NCBI GenBank assembly: GCA_002633005.1
Contig: NMRA01000822.1
Coordinates: 17,380-81,379, forward strand
Direction of reading: 5' to 3'
Length of the DNA: 64,000 nucleotides
Source: Phoronis australis
Taxonomy: Eukaryota; Animalia; Phoronida
Position 1 is the stretch's first letter, and each line of letters starts with the position of its first letter. This document shows positions 13,299 to 27,569 of this stretch, piece by piece. The position numbers were made by a program, and so were the translations under genes. The notes under the pieces were generated by a model. That model was given only the letters and a program-made list of their open reading frames with translations. It was not told where the DNA came from and made no database searches.

Positions 13299-16200
13299 AT
13301 TATATTCAGTCCATTTACAAAATCTACATGTACATTTGGACGTCGTATTACGTTTTCTACAGTTTCACGTTAATTGCGAAGAGTAAGACAATTGGGTAAA
13401 AAATGCATCTTAGTTTGATCTCTCGCTTTAGTTAGACTAAATGAGCTCGCACGTGGGGAGACACTGTTTGTTCATCTGGGCGATTTTTAGGCAAAATATT
13501 GTGACTAAAATGACCTTAACTTTATAGAAACCAAATAATTCGTGCTTATGCCAGATAAAGGATAAGCGACAGGAAATGGATGCTTTAAATTGTGAACTAA
13601 ACTGACAAAACATGAATTTGAAAAATTTTCCCATACGTGCTCAAAACAACATGGCGGAAGAGAGTGTGATAGCTCTTCAGAGCAAGCTTATGGGTCACTG
13701 CGTGATCTGGAAATTCAACAGATTTGCCTGAAGAAACGTCTTCCGAGTCAAGAGATTACTTTTAAACAGAGTAAGGAATATGAAAAGTTTATCAAGATAC
13801 AAGTGCATTCAATCAAAGCTTGTTTTTTGACAGGAAGCACGGGCTTTATGCAACTTTAAGAATGGAGACAGAAACAGCAAGTAAAATCCCACACTTTTCA
13901 TTATACAAATGACTAAACCGCTTCACCTCTACATGAGGCAAAGCTAGACATACTGTACATGAAAACGGATCCTCGCCATTGCTAACAGCCCCGGGAAAAA
14001 TGCAATTGATTTAAGAAAAGAAATTTGATATCACCAAACACAAACATGAAAAATGTGCAATGCTTTTGACGGTTCTAACAATGCAAAACGTCTGAATATT
14101 TTTCTATCAGGAGCTTTTAGAAATTCAACAAAAGGTTGTATTCATCTGTTCGTGGGACCTATTTGTGTAAGGTGAATAATATCTTGCTGCGTAGGTAAGT
14201 TGATCCTAGGTAAACATGCCACTGGATGTTAAAAGCATTTATGAATAAAAAAAATTCCCAAGTGAGTTATTTTAAAAAGCAGACAAATAGGGACTACTGA
14301 ATTCTCGGGATTGAAAAATGAAAGTATTTATCGCACTTGGAGAACGTAATACAAAAACATACACAGGAAACTAAAGTCGATTTTCATAGCAGACAAAATC
14401 GTAACTGATCCTTGCTTAATTGATGCTAAGATATATCAATTGGATCTTTATTTAAAACTTTTCTTGAGGTCTGAGTTTTATGGCATCTGCGTACATCATT
14501 TGAAATTGGTGTTTACATCAATCGTTATTCCTCCCGTAAGGGAACGTGTACTTTCAAGTTGGCGCGATTTCACTTAACAAAAATTAGGGAGTATTATTCT
14601 ACACGATGCGCACCCTCGACTTTATATAAACCGAAAACTTGGCGTTTTCAAGTATTACATAAACAAGTGCGGATATCAGGAAATTTGGATAATCACTAGT
14701 TCCATTCGACATCTGATTCTGATACAGCAATATTCTGAATTAAAAAATAATATCTGGAAGACATTACCAGGATCCTGGTAGGGCCGTCAATATAGTAGTG
14801 AAATAAAGATCATTTTCATATTGTTTGTGCAATTTCTCGCTGGCTAAATTATGAACTGTGAAATATTTGACGCGCGTTTGAACAGCCTTTTCAGTCCTTT
14901 TGTTAAAGTTTAAACCCATAAAATACACGACCTCTTTTGTACATGTAAACCGAGCAAATGTTATCCCTGAATGACTTTCAACGTGAATATATTTCCGGGG
15001 GGAGGACAGGAATTCAGCATTTGACGAAGTGTGTGGCACAGAAATTGGTGCACCTTACAATTTTAGTAAACCTGCATGGAAATCCCGCCTTTATAAGGAC
15101 AATGCGACTCAAAGGCATCCTCACAAACTTTCGCACAGTGTGTTTCCCATAACAAATATGTTTTTGCACTGTTGCAGAAATGTTATCTTTCGAAAACTAC
15201 TATCTCGGAAAGGCACCCTTTGTAAGGAATCAAGAGCTATCAACTATCAATCCACGGGAGAATCAAAAGGGAGACTCTAGGGTGACAGACGTAGATCTTG
15301 AAAAAATTTGGGGCATTGCTTTTTAAGTTATAGAGAATCATCAATATATTGGCCGAAAATAAACATTGAACCTCTCTATCAAAGACAGTCTTTGAATTTT
15401 CAAAGGAGTTTCCGTTAACTTTCACTTGAGTACCAAAACTTAGTAACTTTTGCCCAAAATTGTGTATTGACTTTTAATGATTTTTGAGGTGCTCTGGGCG
15501 CCAGCTGGCGGGATGCTGGTAATTTACAATGATGATCATAGCAATAGACATCGATTTTTATATTCTTTGACGATTGCTGCCCCCTGATGGCAGTTTATAT
15601 AACTAGATTGCTTTGGTGAAATTTCATGAAATTTGGCCGAAACGTTTCCATCGTGGAATCGGTGACACAAGCATGTTTGAGAACGACATTTCAATAACAA
15701 GCAACTAATCTGTTACGACATTGTGTTTTCTGTTCACTATTGCATGTACTGTGGAAAATTTTAGCAATACAGGCTGAACCAAGTCTATGTTAAGCATGAA
15801 GGTAGACTTGCATAATTGTTACTATGGCGACTGGGTGCCATAAAAGCGTTCATCCTTTAATTAGAATTTCGCAAGCATGATACTAGAAAATATGAAGCTA
15901 TGACGCAGAAAGATTCGAGAAAGCTTCACTTTTCATAATCCAAATGTAACCCATTTGTGTAAATCAAGTGGCGCCGACTATAGTCACAATTCCAGCAACT
16001 CCAAAAGTGAAAAACATCCATGGCAAGTCCTCCCCGATTATCACACGGATCCCCCTGCAGTCAGCTTTGCTATATGAACGTCTCCGCTTCTTTCACCATT
16101 TGCCCGAGTGTTTGAATAATCTGCAGTCTTGTTGCAATTTCTTTTTCGGTTTCTGATTTAGTCACGTGTCATATTGCAAAACGCCTCCTTGCTCCATCTG

Positions 16201-16937
16201 CTGAAATGATAACCTGTATAAAAAGAGCCATTTCGCCGCTATTTACACTGTAGCTGTTAATGTGGAATTCTTACTGAAGCAATTTGGTGTATCAAAACTA
16301 TGCCATATTTGTCCAATCTTGAATTGTTGCCAAATAAATGAGCCGACCATGCAAGCAATGCGTAGGCCTACACCGGCGTGCCATTTTCAACTTTGCAATA
16401 AACTCAGAAGGCTATCTAGAGTTGCTGACGGTATCAAAGCTGTTGTTGGTAACAAACACCAAATCCCATCACACTTGGAAAAATTCAAAACCGACAGAAG
16501 TATATGTACATGGTCAAAAAGCCTTTTGTTTTTAGTCGTCTAAACCGGAGCAATATGTCGTTCAAGTACCGGTAAAGATGAGTTCTTGCGCATGTTCGAA
16601 CGCAGTAAAATATTCAAACAGACTTGTGTAATTGTTTTAGGTACGGGTTTTTCCAACAATTACAACACTTTTCATAGGCTGATTTAAGTGGGGGGGGGGG
16701 GGCAAAACTAAAAATGGAAGTGCGTGAGGAAACATTGAGGTTATTAATTATGAACATGCGGGTGAAACGTGAAACAAGACTTAATAATGTGTGCAACTTC
16801 AGTTTATGAGTGCGGACCGCCGGCGCAACCGTCTTTCCGTTTTCTTGGGTTTTTTTTAGTCCTCCGTCTGTTTTTCAGTGAAATCTTCAGAGGCTGGGTG
16901 CGCGCAAATTTACGAGGCTGCCCGAGTTAGAATAATT

Positions 16938-17019
16938 AGGAATAATTACTGTAATTATTATTTATTACTGGATTAAATATTAATTACAGTAATAAATAAT
17001 TATTACAATAATTATTCTT
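16938..17019. repeat. AT-rich imperfect palindrome with ~38-bp arms
   Basis: aggaataattactgtaattattatttattactggatta pairs with the reverse complement of taattacagtaataaataattattacaataattattctt. Confidence 0.7.
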
Positions 17020-18149
17020 GGCTAAAGAATTATAACTGGACTAAATCGCGAATTTTTACGGAAAAACATGACTTATGTCCCATTTGGCCTACGATAAACG
17101 ACCGTGTTTGGTCTGGCAAGGGTTTATGAGAACTAAAACCTGGGAATTACTACTCTCAATCGATAAATACAGCCGGTGTTTATCTATTTGCCAAGCGTCA
17201 GACGTGAACTCGTTATATAATGAAGAATGAGGAGCAGTGTATGTGCCGATTCACAAATGGTGGACGCCAATCTGCCTTCTTCATAATAAGTAAATTCGCG
17301 CTTTATTTGACAATTAAAAACTTTGAAACGATGTGACTGTATTATCAATGAAAATAATAAAACGGCATATCACTCATCAGAAAATGATGGACAGTCCCAC
17401 GACCCAAGATTATCGATTGAAAAATACTGAGTCTCCTGCAAAGGGCCCCAGATTAACTTGACACAGAATATTAACGTCAGCTTCACACTGATGTTGGACT
17501 GGAACCGGATTGGTGTTCGACTATTCTAGTTTGACTTAGGGTATAGCTGGAACATACTCTGAAATTTAGAGAATGGATTCGGCCAAAAAGGACCTACTTT
17601 TAGGGAGCTTCCATGAAAAATTCAAAATAGGGAGTTCCCCGCAAAAAACTTGACCTGATTTCTCAAGATTATTTGATATCTTTAGTCACAGCTAATAACA
17701 CCAGTAAACCTATCTCAACCAGCAATCATCGCAAATATATGTTTTAAGCCTTGTCGCCCTTTGAACCATCTTTTCTAAGAAAGGTTAAAGAGTCCTTAGT
17801 TTATGAAAAACTTTTCACACAACTGAGGATGTTAATCCACTTATCAATGAAAGTATAAATCTAACTTGAAAGCAGGAAGCCTGTAGAATTATAACTTCGC
17901 TTTGATGCCCAACTGCCATTACTTGGATCACGTGACCATGTCTACAAAATGTGATTTAGAAAAAAGAAAGTAACATGACTAAATATCAAAAACCGGACGA
18001 TCGCCGCACAAATAAAAATGTTCAAGTTCAATTCAACGTGCCAACATACAGTTCAGGTAACATCCATAGAGTGAAGTGAGAGATACATAGAATATGGTAA
18101 GTAGCTGGTCATCACCATAGCTGCAGGGTCACAGAGCTCTGCATGTTAT

Positions 18150-19330
18150 TCAGAGAATCAGTGACATGCTGGTTCTGAATGGCCAATGACTCTTTAATGT
18201 ACAGTAACTCCTTATTAGGTTATCTTCAGATAATACTAACAGAGTTGGCTTGATGATTGTAGCTAATACAATGCCTATGTATGTTACTTTTCTCTGAGGT
18301 GTGATGTTATTTCAACCTGTCACAGAGCGTCTCTGTGTGAGTCCTATATACAATTCCTCACAGTTGTCACGTTCAACCTTATACACAACATTGCTCTTGT
18401 TCAATAAAGGGATGGGTGACTTCAGTTTATACAGCATATTGGAAAGTTTCAGTTCAACTGCTGGGTCTATGAATAAGGCGAGACGTTTCAATTTTATACT
18501 ACTTGGCCCGGTGTAACCAAGAGAAAAAAACTTTCTTTTTCTCGGGTCCAATAACAGCTATCTTATCTTCCTCATTCATTTTTGAAAGAAAGTGCCTATT
18601 ACAGCTATTCAGAAAATTCAGAGGGTAACCACTGGAACGCAATAACTGGAAAATCATAGCTAAGTCACTATCAAAATTTAAATTGGTGGAGCAGATTCTC
18701 CAGGCACGGTGTAACAAGCAATTGACTAGACCTCTCTTGTAATGGATAGGCACAAAACTATCAAATTTAAGATAAAGCCCAGAAAAACTGGGCTTACGAT
18801 ACACAGATGTAACAACGGTGCTATTCTCAGATTCAATGGTGAAGTTGATGGACGGATGCATATTGTTCATGTGATTAAAAAAGGTGTTGACTGAGCTCTT
18901 GGATGAAAACACAACAAATGTATCGTCCACATACCTACGATAAAATTGTAGTTAACAATCCGGTGGACAACTAGCCAGAGCCTCAGTTTCGAGATTGCAC
19001 ACGAAAATATTAGCTAACACTGGTCCCAGGGGTGAACCCATGGCTACTCCGTCAATCTGCTCATAAAAGTTATCATCAAACAGAAAATGGTTCTGTTTAA
19101 CAGCGATCGTGAGTAACTTACGTACATGTAATTGGTTACGAGTCAATTTATGGACCTTGTCAGTATCAATATACAGCTTGTTTAGACACAACTCAATGAC
19201 TTCATCCACAGGTACACTAGTGAAGAGGCTGCAAACATGTAAAATACACATAGATGGTGCATCATTAAGTTCATTGACTTTCTAACCGCTCTGGGTTAGG
19301 TAATGTAAAACTTTATCCATTGGAGAGCGT
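18150..19330 (-). mobile_element. Degenerate Penelope-like retroelement (RT plus GIY-YIG endonuclease)
   Basis: Three frameshifted ORFs: SLFTSVPVDE..., YEQIDGVAMGSPLGPVLANIF, YRRYVDDTFVVF, VYRKPSFSGLYLKFDSFVP..YKRGLV, and GIY-YIG VVYKV..DNCEELYIGLTQR. Confidence 0.92.
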
Positions 19331-19454
19331 TCGTCGTTCCATTATATTTGAAGCATTTTTCAGCAATATTGATAAATGTGACCGATATTGCTAACCAGTG
19401 CCGACATGTTACAGCTTTCATGAACATTCCCTGAAAGTAAAATAATTAAAACAT

Positions 19455-19528
19455 ATAAATAACGGGTTCGGGTCCACGCCGTGGCAAAAATCTTTTCAGA
19501 CTTATGATCATAAGATCACGTGATATGG
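19455..19528 (+). mobile_element. SINE fragment abutting the stop codon of NTase-TPR copy A
   Basis: gggttcgggtcc...aaatcttttcagacttatgatcataagatcacgtgatatggt matches the body of the tRNA-derived SINE at ~39020-39145. Confidence 0.5.
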
Positions 19529-22500
19529 TCAACAGGTGGCGTGCAAACCAGACTTAAAAATGTCTGTAAGTTTACGACTTGCATTTAAAAGAGCATCAGC
19601 AACGCTAATTTCCGATTTTCGTGCTTCACACTTTTTCCTTACTCGATTTAATTTTCTGATGCTTGCACAACATTCCGGGTTTATTTTGTCTCCATAAAGT
19701 TTTAGTCTAATAATATACGCGTCACAATGATATTGCAGTGCTAAATCAACTTTACCCATTCTGCAATACACCATTCCTAAATTGTTCAACGTACGCGCTA
19801 TTCCCAAGTCATCAATTTCGCCAATAAGCCTGCGTTTCATTTCAAGCGACTTCATAAGGAAATCACACGCGCGTTGGTGCTTTCTCGTCAGGATATACAC
19901 TGCTCCGATATTGTTTAAGCATTTTCCGACAACCTGATGATCACGTGACCCGTACATATTTCGTGCCTGAGTTAAAGAATCCTCAAAGTTCTGAAGCGCT
20001 TTCTCGGTGTTGCGCGTGCTAGTATATGCGACTCCGATTATCAATAGCGCTTCAACAGCATCTTGCGAGACAACTCCTTTGTGGTGTGCACTGAGCATAT
20101 CTAGTGTCTCCTCGCTATAGTTTAAAGAAGAATCCAAGTCTTCTTTCACCATAAATTGGTACATAACGTCGATCATACTACTTTCGACATCATGGTGATC
20201 GGCAGTCTTGTTAATCCTTTTTTTCATATGAAGACTCTTCAGTAAATACTTTCGACTCTTTTCAAGATCTCCTCTAGCCAGATGCACACCTCCGATTTCA
20301 CGAAGGTTCTTAGGGATTGACAAATGATCCACGTCTCCAAAGAGACTTCTGTACATGTTAAGGGAATCAACATGATACTTCATCGCTTCATCAACGTGCC
20401 CTAAGCTTTCTTGGATTTTCCCGATATAACAAAGGCTTTCAGCTGTGAACTTGTTGTCTCCACCCTTAAAATGCTTTCTACTGAGGTTCAATGAATCAGT
20501 GTGATATTGCAATGCTCGTGTATACTTCCCCATAGCGTCATAAACCTTTGCTGTATTTGTCAAAATCGCTGCTGTTTCGAGATCTGTATTGTTGTCGTCA
20601 ACTTGTTTGATCGTTTCGAGCGATTTCTCCAGATTTTGCAAAGCTAATTCTGGATTTTCGAGATCTTGGTGAACCTGACCAAGCGTATTTAGTACAGACG
20701 ACATTTCCCGGTGATGCCTACCATTGCCCAGCCTTTGAAACATACTAATGGACAATTCGCAATACTCAAGTGCTTCCTTTGGTTGGTTCATGACAAAGTA
20801 AACGTCCGCAAGTGACTTTAAACTTACTGCAGTTTCTGGGCAGTCTTTGTTTCCATTAAGTCTATTCCGCAGTTGCATTGATTCCATGCAGTACTGTAGG
20901 GCTTCAGCATAATCACCAGTATTGCGATAGATTCGACCGATGTTATCTAAACAAAAGGCAACTTCCAAATCCTTGCTCCCCTTGGACTCTTCTCTCAAAA
21001 TATGCAGTACTCTTTTGAAGAAGAGTAAGGCTGGTTGCAAGTCTCGAGAGCCTTTTTGCTGGAAATGAAGAGTGCCAAGACGATGCAGCTTACATATTTC
21101 TTCACTACAGTTTATATCAGAAGAGTATATTACAAATTCATGAATGTAAGTGTCTCCGTCATTGACCAAACAATCATTTTCGCAGGTAAGCATATTATTT
21201 CCAGCATTTGAATTTACGCGATTGTGAGCTAACCTTGTCTTCATTCTGATTAACTCCTCAAAACAGTCTAACGACTCGGAGAACTTTTCTGCAGCACCTA
21301 GCAACGCACCAGCAGCGTACAACGTTTGAACAGTTTCCCAGTGGTCACCTAGGAACCTCTGTCTAATGCGTAACGATTTCAGAAGATACCGCTGTCTTTC
21401 TTCGAAATTTTCTATTTGAGACATCCCTTTAAGTCCAATATTGAACAAAAAACTTGTGTCTATGTTCGATGTCTTTCTCAGCGACAAAGCTCTTTCGAGT
21501 AATTGCATAGCTTCGTCGTACTTTCCCAAAAAGATTTTAGCGCAATACATAAATTCTAGATAGACCGCGATATTTGGATGATCACTTGAGTTGGTGACTG
21601 GTTTATATATTTCGTTGCTTCTGAAAAGCAATGCAAACCATCGCTAAACTTGTTCATCATTATGTATAATACTCCCAGAATTTCAAGAATATTCACTATT
21701 TGAGGGTGACAGCCAGTTCCATGCAGTCTTAAAATCATATCGCGTGATTCTTCCAGAGAACGCAAAGCCCCGTCAAAGTTTAACATCACAAAGTAGGCAA
21801 CTCCAAGGTGTGCCAATGATACAGCTAAGTCCACATGATCTTCGCCACCTAACAGCCTCCTCAACATGTTTACCGACGATTTGGAATTGTTCATGGCGCT
21901 ATCAAAATTCCCAAGATGGAGGTATAAATTACCAATATTATCTAAGACTATGGCAATTTCCAACTTGTCATCATCGCCATGTAAATTCCTTAAGATATCT
22001 ATAGCCTGAGTGAACAGTTGTAGAGATAAATCGTAGTTTTTACTACACATGAGTGCAATTGCCATTTGAGTCAAATACTCTGCTTTCTTTGGTAGTTTGG
22101 TTTGTACAGTTTTGCACATATCGTATGCCAAACGTGCATATTTCAATTCATTAGAATCGTCCCCTTCACTTTTAAATGTTCTGCTAATGAGACTGAAACA
22201 GTCTTGAGTTTCTGCATCGGTATCATCGTAAAATAATTCNATTTCATTTCATTAGCATCGTCCCCTTCATTTGCAAATGTTCTGCTAATGAGACTGAAGC
22301 ATTCTTGAGCTACTGCATCGGTCTCATCGTAGACTATTGAATTATCATTGTAAGTATCAATCTTCGTATTTTCGTTGTCTTTAGTCAGATCTGAGCCCTG
22401 ATTCTCAATATGTTTGAAAAAGTGGTCACGTGCTTGCTCAAACAAACAGCAGTTGAGCTCTACCACACCCCTCACGAGATCGTTTCTGTCGTAAAAAACT

Positions 22501-24032
22501 TCGTTGGGGATACGATTGTCCCGTACCCAGACTAAACCACGGTCAGCATCGAAAAGGAAAAACACTAAAGGTTGCACCGTGAAATAGTATCGGCAAATCA
22601 GAACGGAGAAGTCCTTAAAATGACCAATTTTTTTCGACTAAAAGCTTTCACCACTATAGTGCTTTTGGGGCAGCAAACTGATCAACACCCTTTGTGCAAA
22701 TATGTTGCGAGCCGAAGAAGTGACGATATCGATACCACCCACTCCAGGTTATGAGCTGCTTCAGATGTCAACAACTTCCTGGACACCATCTCTTCCAGCA
22801 CATCCCACGTGGTGTCAGTACTCAACCAGAAACACGACTTGAACAACGTAACTATCAGCGTAGGCAATCTGAACATACTCTTCTTGATGTCGCGAACAGT
22901 CTCGACTGGCTTGTGGAAATTTAAAATTGGACCAAATTCCATAATTATTTCTAATAATTCTCTGAACGCTTTGAGTCTGACGCGGATATCGACTTTTGCT
23001 GATGCCCGAAAGGAGGTGAACTTGTGTGCAAGCTCGTCTGCTTCACTACTTCCGCCAATCTTTACAACTGACGTCATGATACGATCAAAGTTATAACCCT
23101 CTTTCAGCGCAGTGTTATATTCACACAGCTGTGCCATACGCTGAGGTGTCCGGATCAGTTCACGACCTACCTTGGTTGGCCTGTCCGGTCGACCGAGAGG
23201 TGTGTTACACGCGTAAGGCGCGGCGCTGTCGAACTGAAACCCACGAACTGCAACACAGTCTATAAACCAGTTCCCATCTTCGGTGTCGTAGTCATTCAAG
23301 GATTTGATGGCCAGTGATTTAAGCAGAGTTTCCTGGATGTTCAATACGAACAAATGGACCAATCTTGCCAAATTTCTAAAATAAGCTGTGTCTTTTGATT
23401 CATCTTCTACGAGAATAGCCCATTCGATATCCGAGAAAGGAGTCGTGTCTCCTCTCGCTAACGAACCTAGTCCTATAGCCGCGTATTCCTGGGGTGGTGT
23501 GCCAAGGATGTTTTCACTCTCAGAGATTAGATATCGAAAAAAGTCCGCCATATCGGCACTTGTTTGAGCAAAAATCGTACGCGATTTTTCATTGAATGTC
23601 TTTTCTGTAGATACCCTTTCGGTATCACTTACGTCGAGACTATAACTACTTTTGATTTCTTCCAATGATTTATCAACTGTAGCACAAGTCGTGTCTCGTA
23701 TCCTGGCTAGCCTAGTCTTAACGTCAGATTTGTAATCTAATGATGTTTTCCCCGGCTCAATAGAAAGAACCTTACAAAAAGCCAACTCAGTATTCTTTAA
23801 GTGCCCTTCAATCTCAGTCGCTAACTCAGGCGAGTGTGCTCTTAAAAGAGCAGCGTTAATGAGTGCTGACGATTTTACAAAGTTGTCCAAGTCTTTCGTC
23901 AGATACCACGCTCACAATAGACCATTCCCATCTCCTTTAATAACTCAGCGTCTCTCTTCAGGTCATTACGTGACCCTTCCTTCAACGAGTCCGCCAGTTC
24001 TTGTTCCCTTTGATCCAGCTTCGAAATGCATT
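19529..24032 (-). pseudogene. Nucleotidyltransferase-TPR paralogue A, disrupted (or an assembly chimera of two alleles/paralogues)
   Basis: NTase motif AIGLGSLARGDTTPFSDIEWAIL plus ~900 aa of TPRs across four ORFs. Relative to copy B: 1-bp deletion ~23902, 10-bp deletion ~22685, in-frame TAG at 22638-22640, N-joined ~100-bp duplication at 22240, frameshift ~21615. Acceptor AG at 24034-24033. Confidence 0.85.
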
Positions 24033-26051
24033 CTAAAATCAGAGGAAAACGGCTGTTATGAAGATATTGCTACAGAATTATGTACGCTGATTTGGTTATT
24101 TTTATCAACTACTGAACAGTTCACACAAACAGCTTTACAACATAGCCGACGATACTTAGCACTTAATTTCGGAAAAATCTATTTAATTTTCGTTTGCTCA
24201 AAGCCACTCCTTCAGAAGATCACTGCACGTGCATTGAGAGACAACCATTCTGCTTTTTGAAGGTTTGTTCTGCCGTTCCGCCACACCATCAAAATGTCGG
24301 GCCAGTCCTTGACACGAGGGGAAATTTACTCATTTTCCACGCAATCCAAAATGAAAACACCATCGGTGCGCATTTGGGTGTTCCGCCTGGCATTTCTATC
24401 ACAGACCCAGGTGTCTAGCTAAACTTTTAGATTTCTACATGTTCAATCTAGGTTCCAGTCTTGATCATTTTACATGTTAGTAACTATGCATCTCGGGGAA
24501 GCCACTACCGTCATGGCTATAAGCGAATGTTTATTGGCCGCATGGATTTGATGAGCATTACCTGTAAATATTATTGTTTGCTGGGTATTGCTGGTTTACT
24601 GGTGTTCTTTACGATCACGAGACACTTGGTTATGACCAAGGTAAAATTTTGGCCGGCAACAGAAATAAGTGGTTACCTTTGTATAATTCACGCCTACTAC
24701 TGGATTACGTCAAGATCGTTATGTCAGCGTTCACAAAGACTGGCAAAACGCCAATGGCTGGTTAGTCATGATCGAATAACCTCAAACTGTCATATTGCAA
24801 AAGGCATTGTCAGTATGCATAGGCGGATTTAGGGGGGCTTGCAGGGGGCCGCCCCCCCCTTCCTTGGCTGCCGCAAGAAAATAAAAAAGGAAGAGCGTGA
24901 GGAAACATTGAGTTCATTAAGCAACGCAGGTACCTAACTTACGGCTGAAAGGGGGCTCAACCAGCGCAATCGTTTCCCTTCTAGCAGTTTTTTTTTTCAA
25001 GCGATATGCAACCCACGAACGTTGAACGTTATTTACTCGGTAATACAATGTCTAGACTTACCATCGTTTTGAATGTCTCCCGACATTGTGTCGTCTGTTT
25101 TCTTAGTTTCACCAGATGTTTGGAATCATTAACTGGAAGGAAAACATATATTCGTTAATTAGTTAAACGGAAATCATGACACCTGGGCAAGGGTACCTCA
25201 TGATACAGTTATTCAAAAAGGAACAGTGTGCAACTTAGCGGCAATTGAACACATATTTGTCTCGGTAAAATTACAAAAAATAAGAATAATAAAAGAAAAT
25301 TTTCAATATTGAAATAACCATGCAAATTATGTCAAAGCTTCGAATGGTAAGAAAATTATCACAAATGGCCTTGTTTACGAAATATATGCCTACACCGAAA
25401 CCCTGCTAGAGTCTGGAGTCGATGTCAAAAAATTTAATGTCAAATCCAATGGATGCCAGTGGCTCACTTTAAACACTGTCATCATCTATGTACTGTGTGG
25501 CAATGTAGAGATGTTCGTTAAAACTCCTGCCTTGTCATTGCGACTAGGCGTGTATTAACAAAGCCACGAAGTGCTAAGAGTTCAGTGGCGGACTTAGAGG
25601 GGGACCAAGAGGGCCATGCCTCCCATAAAATATTCTCCCTAATTCCATTTGGCAGTTCGGGAGTGCGAATGTCTGACGATTAGAACCCAATATTATTATA
25701 TTGTATTCTATTAGAGCCCATTATGTATTATATTGTATTCTGTCCACTCAATGTTATTCTGGTACACCAGAAAACTATGTCGATGGTGACTGTTATCACC
25801 AAAAATTCTTCCCATCAAATTTCATCTATACTTTTGGAATATCTTGCGGACTAATGAACACAACCATTGTCAGGCGCCAGGGTGAAACCATGGCAAAAGG
25901 CACATGCGTAGGGCTGGCGACAGTGGAGAAAAGGAAGACACCATAAAACTATAAGTCAATAACCAGAGCTAGCAGCCTTTGCGAGTCCCAGCCACTAAGA
26001 CATTTTTTGTTAGAGTGGGGAATGAAGGGAAATTCTTGCAGTATGAATGGC

Positions 26052-26103
26052 ATGAGTGCACTTAAGAACTTGCACTTATGAGTGCACTTAAGAACTTGCA
26101 CTT
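26052..26103. repeat. Perfect 26-bp tandem duplication
   Basis: atgagtgcacttaagaacttgcactt x2. Confidence 0.85.
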
Positions 26104-27569
26104 AATCAAACACATTTCGAAACGTCTGATAAAACTTGTTACATGAACAGATTTTCAAAATCATAATCACTCCAACTTTTAAAGCCAATAAGGCAATGTA
26201 TTTTCCCGGCAGGTCTCCTCTGCAATGAATAATGTTGTCATCTGCCGCTCTTTTCTCTTTCGTTTTTTCAAACTCTGTATCACTTCAATGTATATATGCG
26301 GAGCCTGACGGAGAAGGTCCTTGGTGATACCATCAATTGCTGCTCATTTCTTGTTGTAGTGGAATGATAAGTAGCGCCCCCAGCTTTGATGACACCCATT
26401 TCCACCGTTATTCTGTTCTTTATTCACATCCTTTCCACTTAAGGGCAGTTCACGTAAGAAAGTTATGATATAATGCTTTCTAGCACATTCTGCACGTAAA
26501 TCTACTTTTCTTAATGGACATTAAAATGGAAACTGTTTGCCCATATTTTTTTCAGAAATCGTACACGCTTTTATGATGAAGCTACTACAAACCCTCTCAC
26601 CGTGATTCTGGTCTTGACTCGTTCCACTTCCTCTAGTAAATAAAAATACCCCTGTTTCCAAACAGACTCGTTCACTTACCTGTCAGATAATGCTTCGAGA
26701 TTAGTCAGTTAGTCACTTGTGACGGAAGTTTATTAATTAACTTCTACGTTAAAAATCACTTACACAGAGCAACCAGTATCTCAAGGCCGTCATTGAACTC
26801 ACCTAGCATAAGTTTGAAAGTGACAATCGATGATGGGTGTTTATGTAGGGGAAGGTAGGGGGTTGTCGCTTTTGTCTCAATGCAATGAAGGGGCATTTCA
26901 GTGATGTTGGAAGGAATAAGCTTCGATTTCAGTCTAGGCGTGATCGAAGTATTTCCTTTTGTTTTCGTTATTTCTTTGTGTTATTGCTGTTTATTATATT
27001 CTTTACTTAAATATTTTATGACTGTGTATACACTGGAGGTAATGATTCGTTTTCTCGGCTAATTCTATTTACCGTAATCTTACATTGTCTCATACTTGTG
27101 TTGCAGTATTGACCCCACTCGTGTGCACATGGATGTCTTTGACGCATGCGCATGCCCTCCCGCTCATATGCGTTATAAGTTGCAATCTTAATCGTTCACA
27201 TTATATCTTGTTCAACCCGGATTTTTGCCCAAGAGCACGGTTATGACGGATCGTAATTCTTCCCCGGGTTCGTAAGTCCTGGCTATTTCCAACTAAGACT
27301 TCCTGTTTTGTATTATAATGAATGGATAATTCGCGGGTGACTTGTCCGGCTAGGCCAACCATGTGTTCATAATTTGTGATGTTATTTTTTATTTTTAAAG
27401 TCAATTGGATAGATATGTCTTCCAAAACTAATTTTTCTGTATACAGAAAAAGCAATAACAATTCCGGTAATGCCTTATCGTCTTAGCGCATTTGCTCAGT
27501 GACAAACTGTTTTAAGCCGAGTAAGACAACAACATGAGTAGGAAAGTGGGACACAGCGAAATAGCTCTA

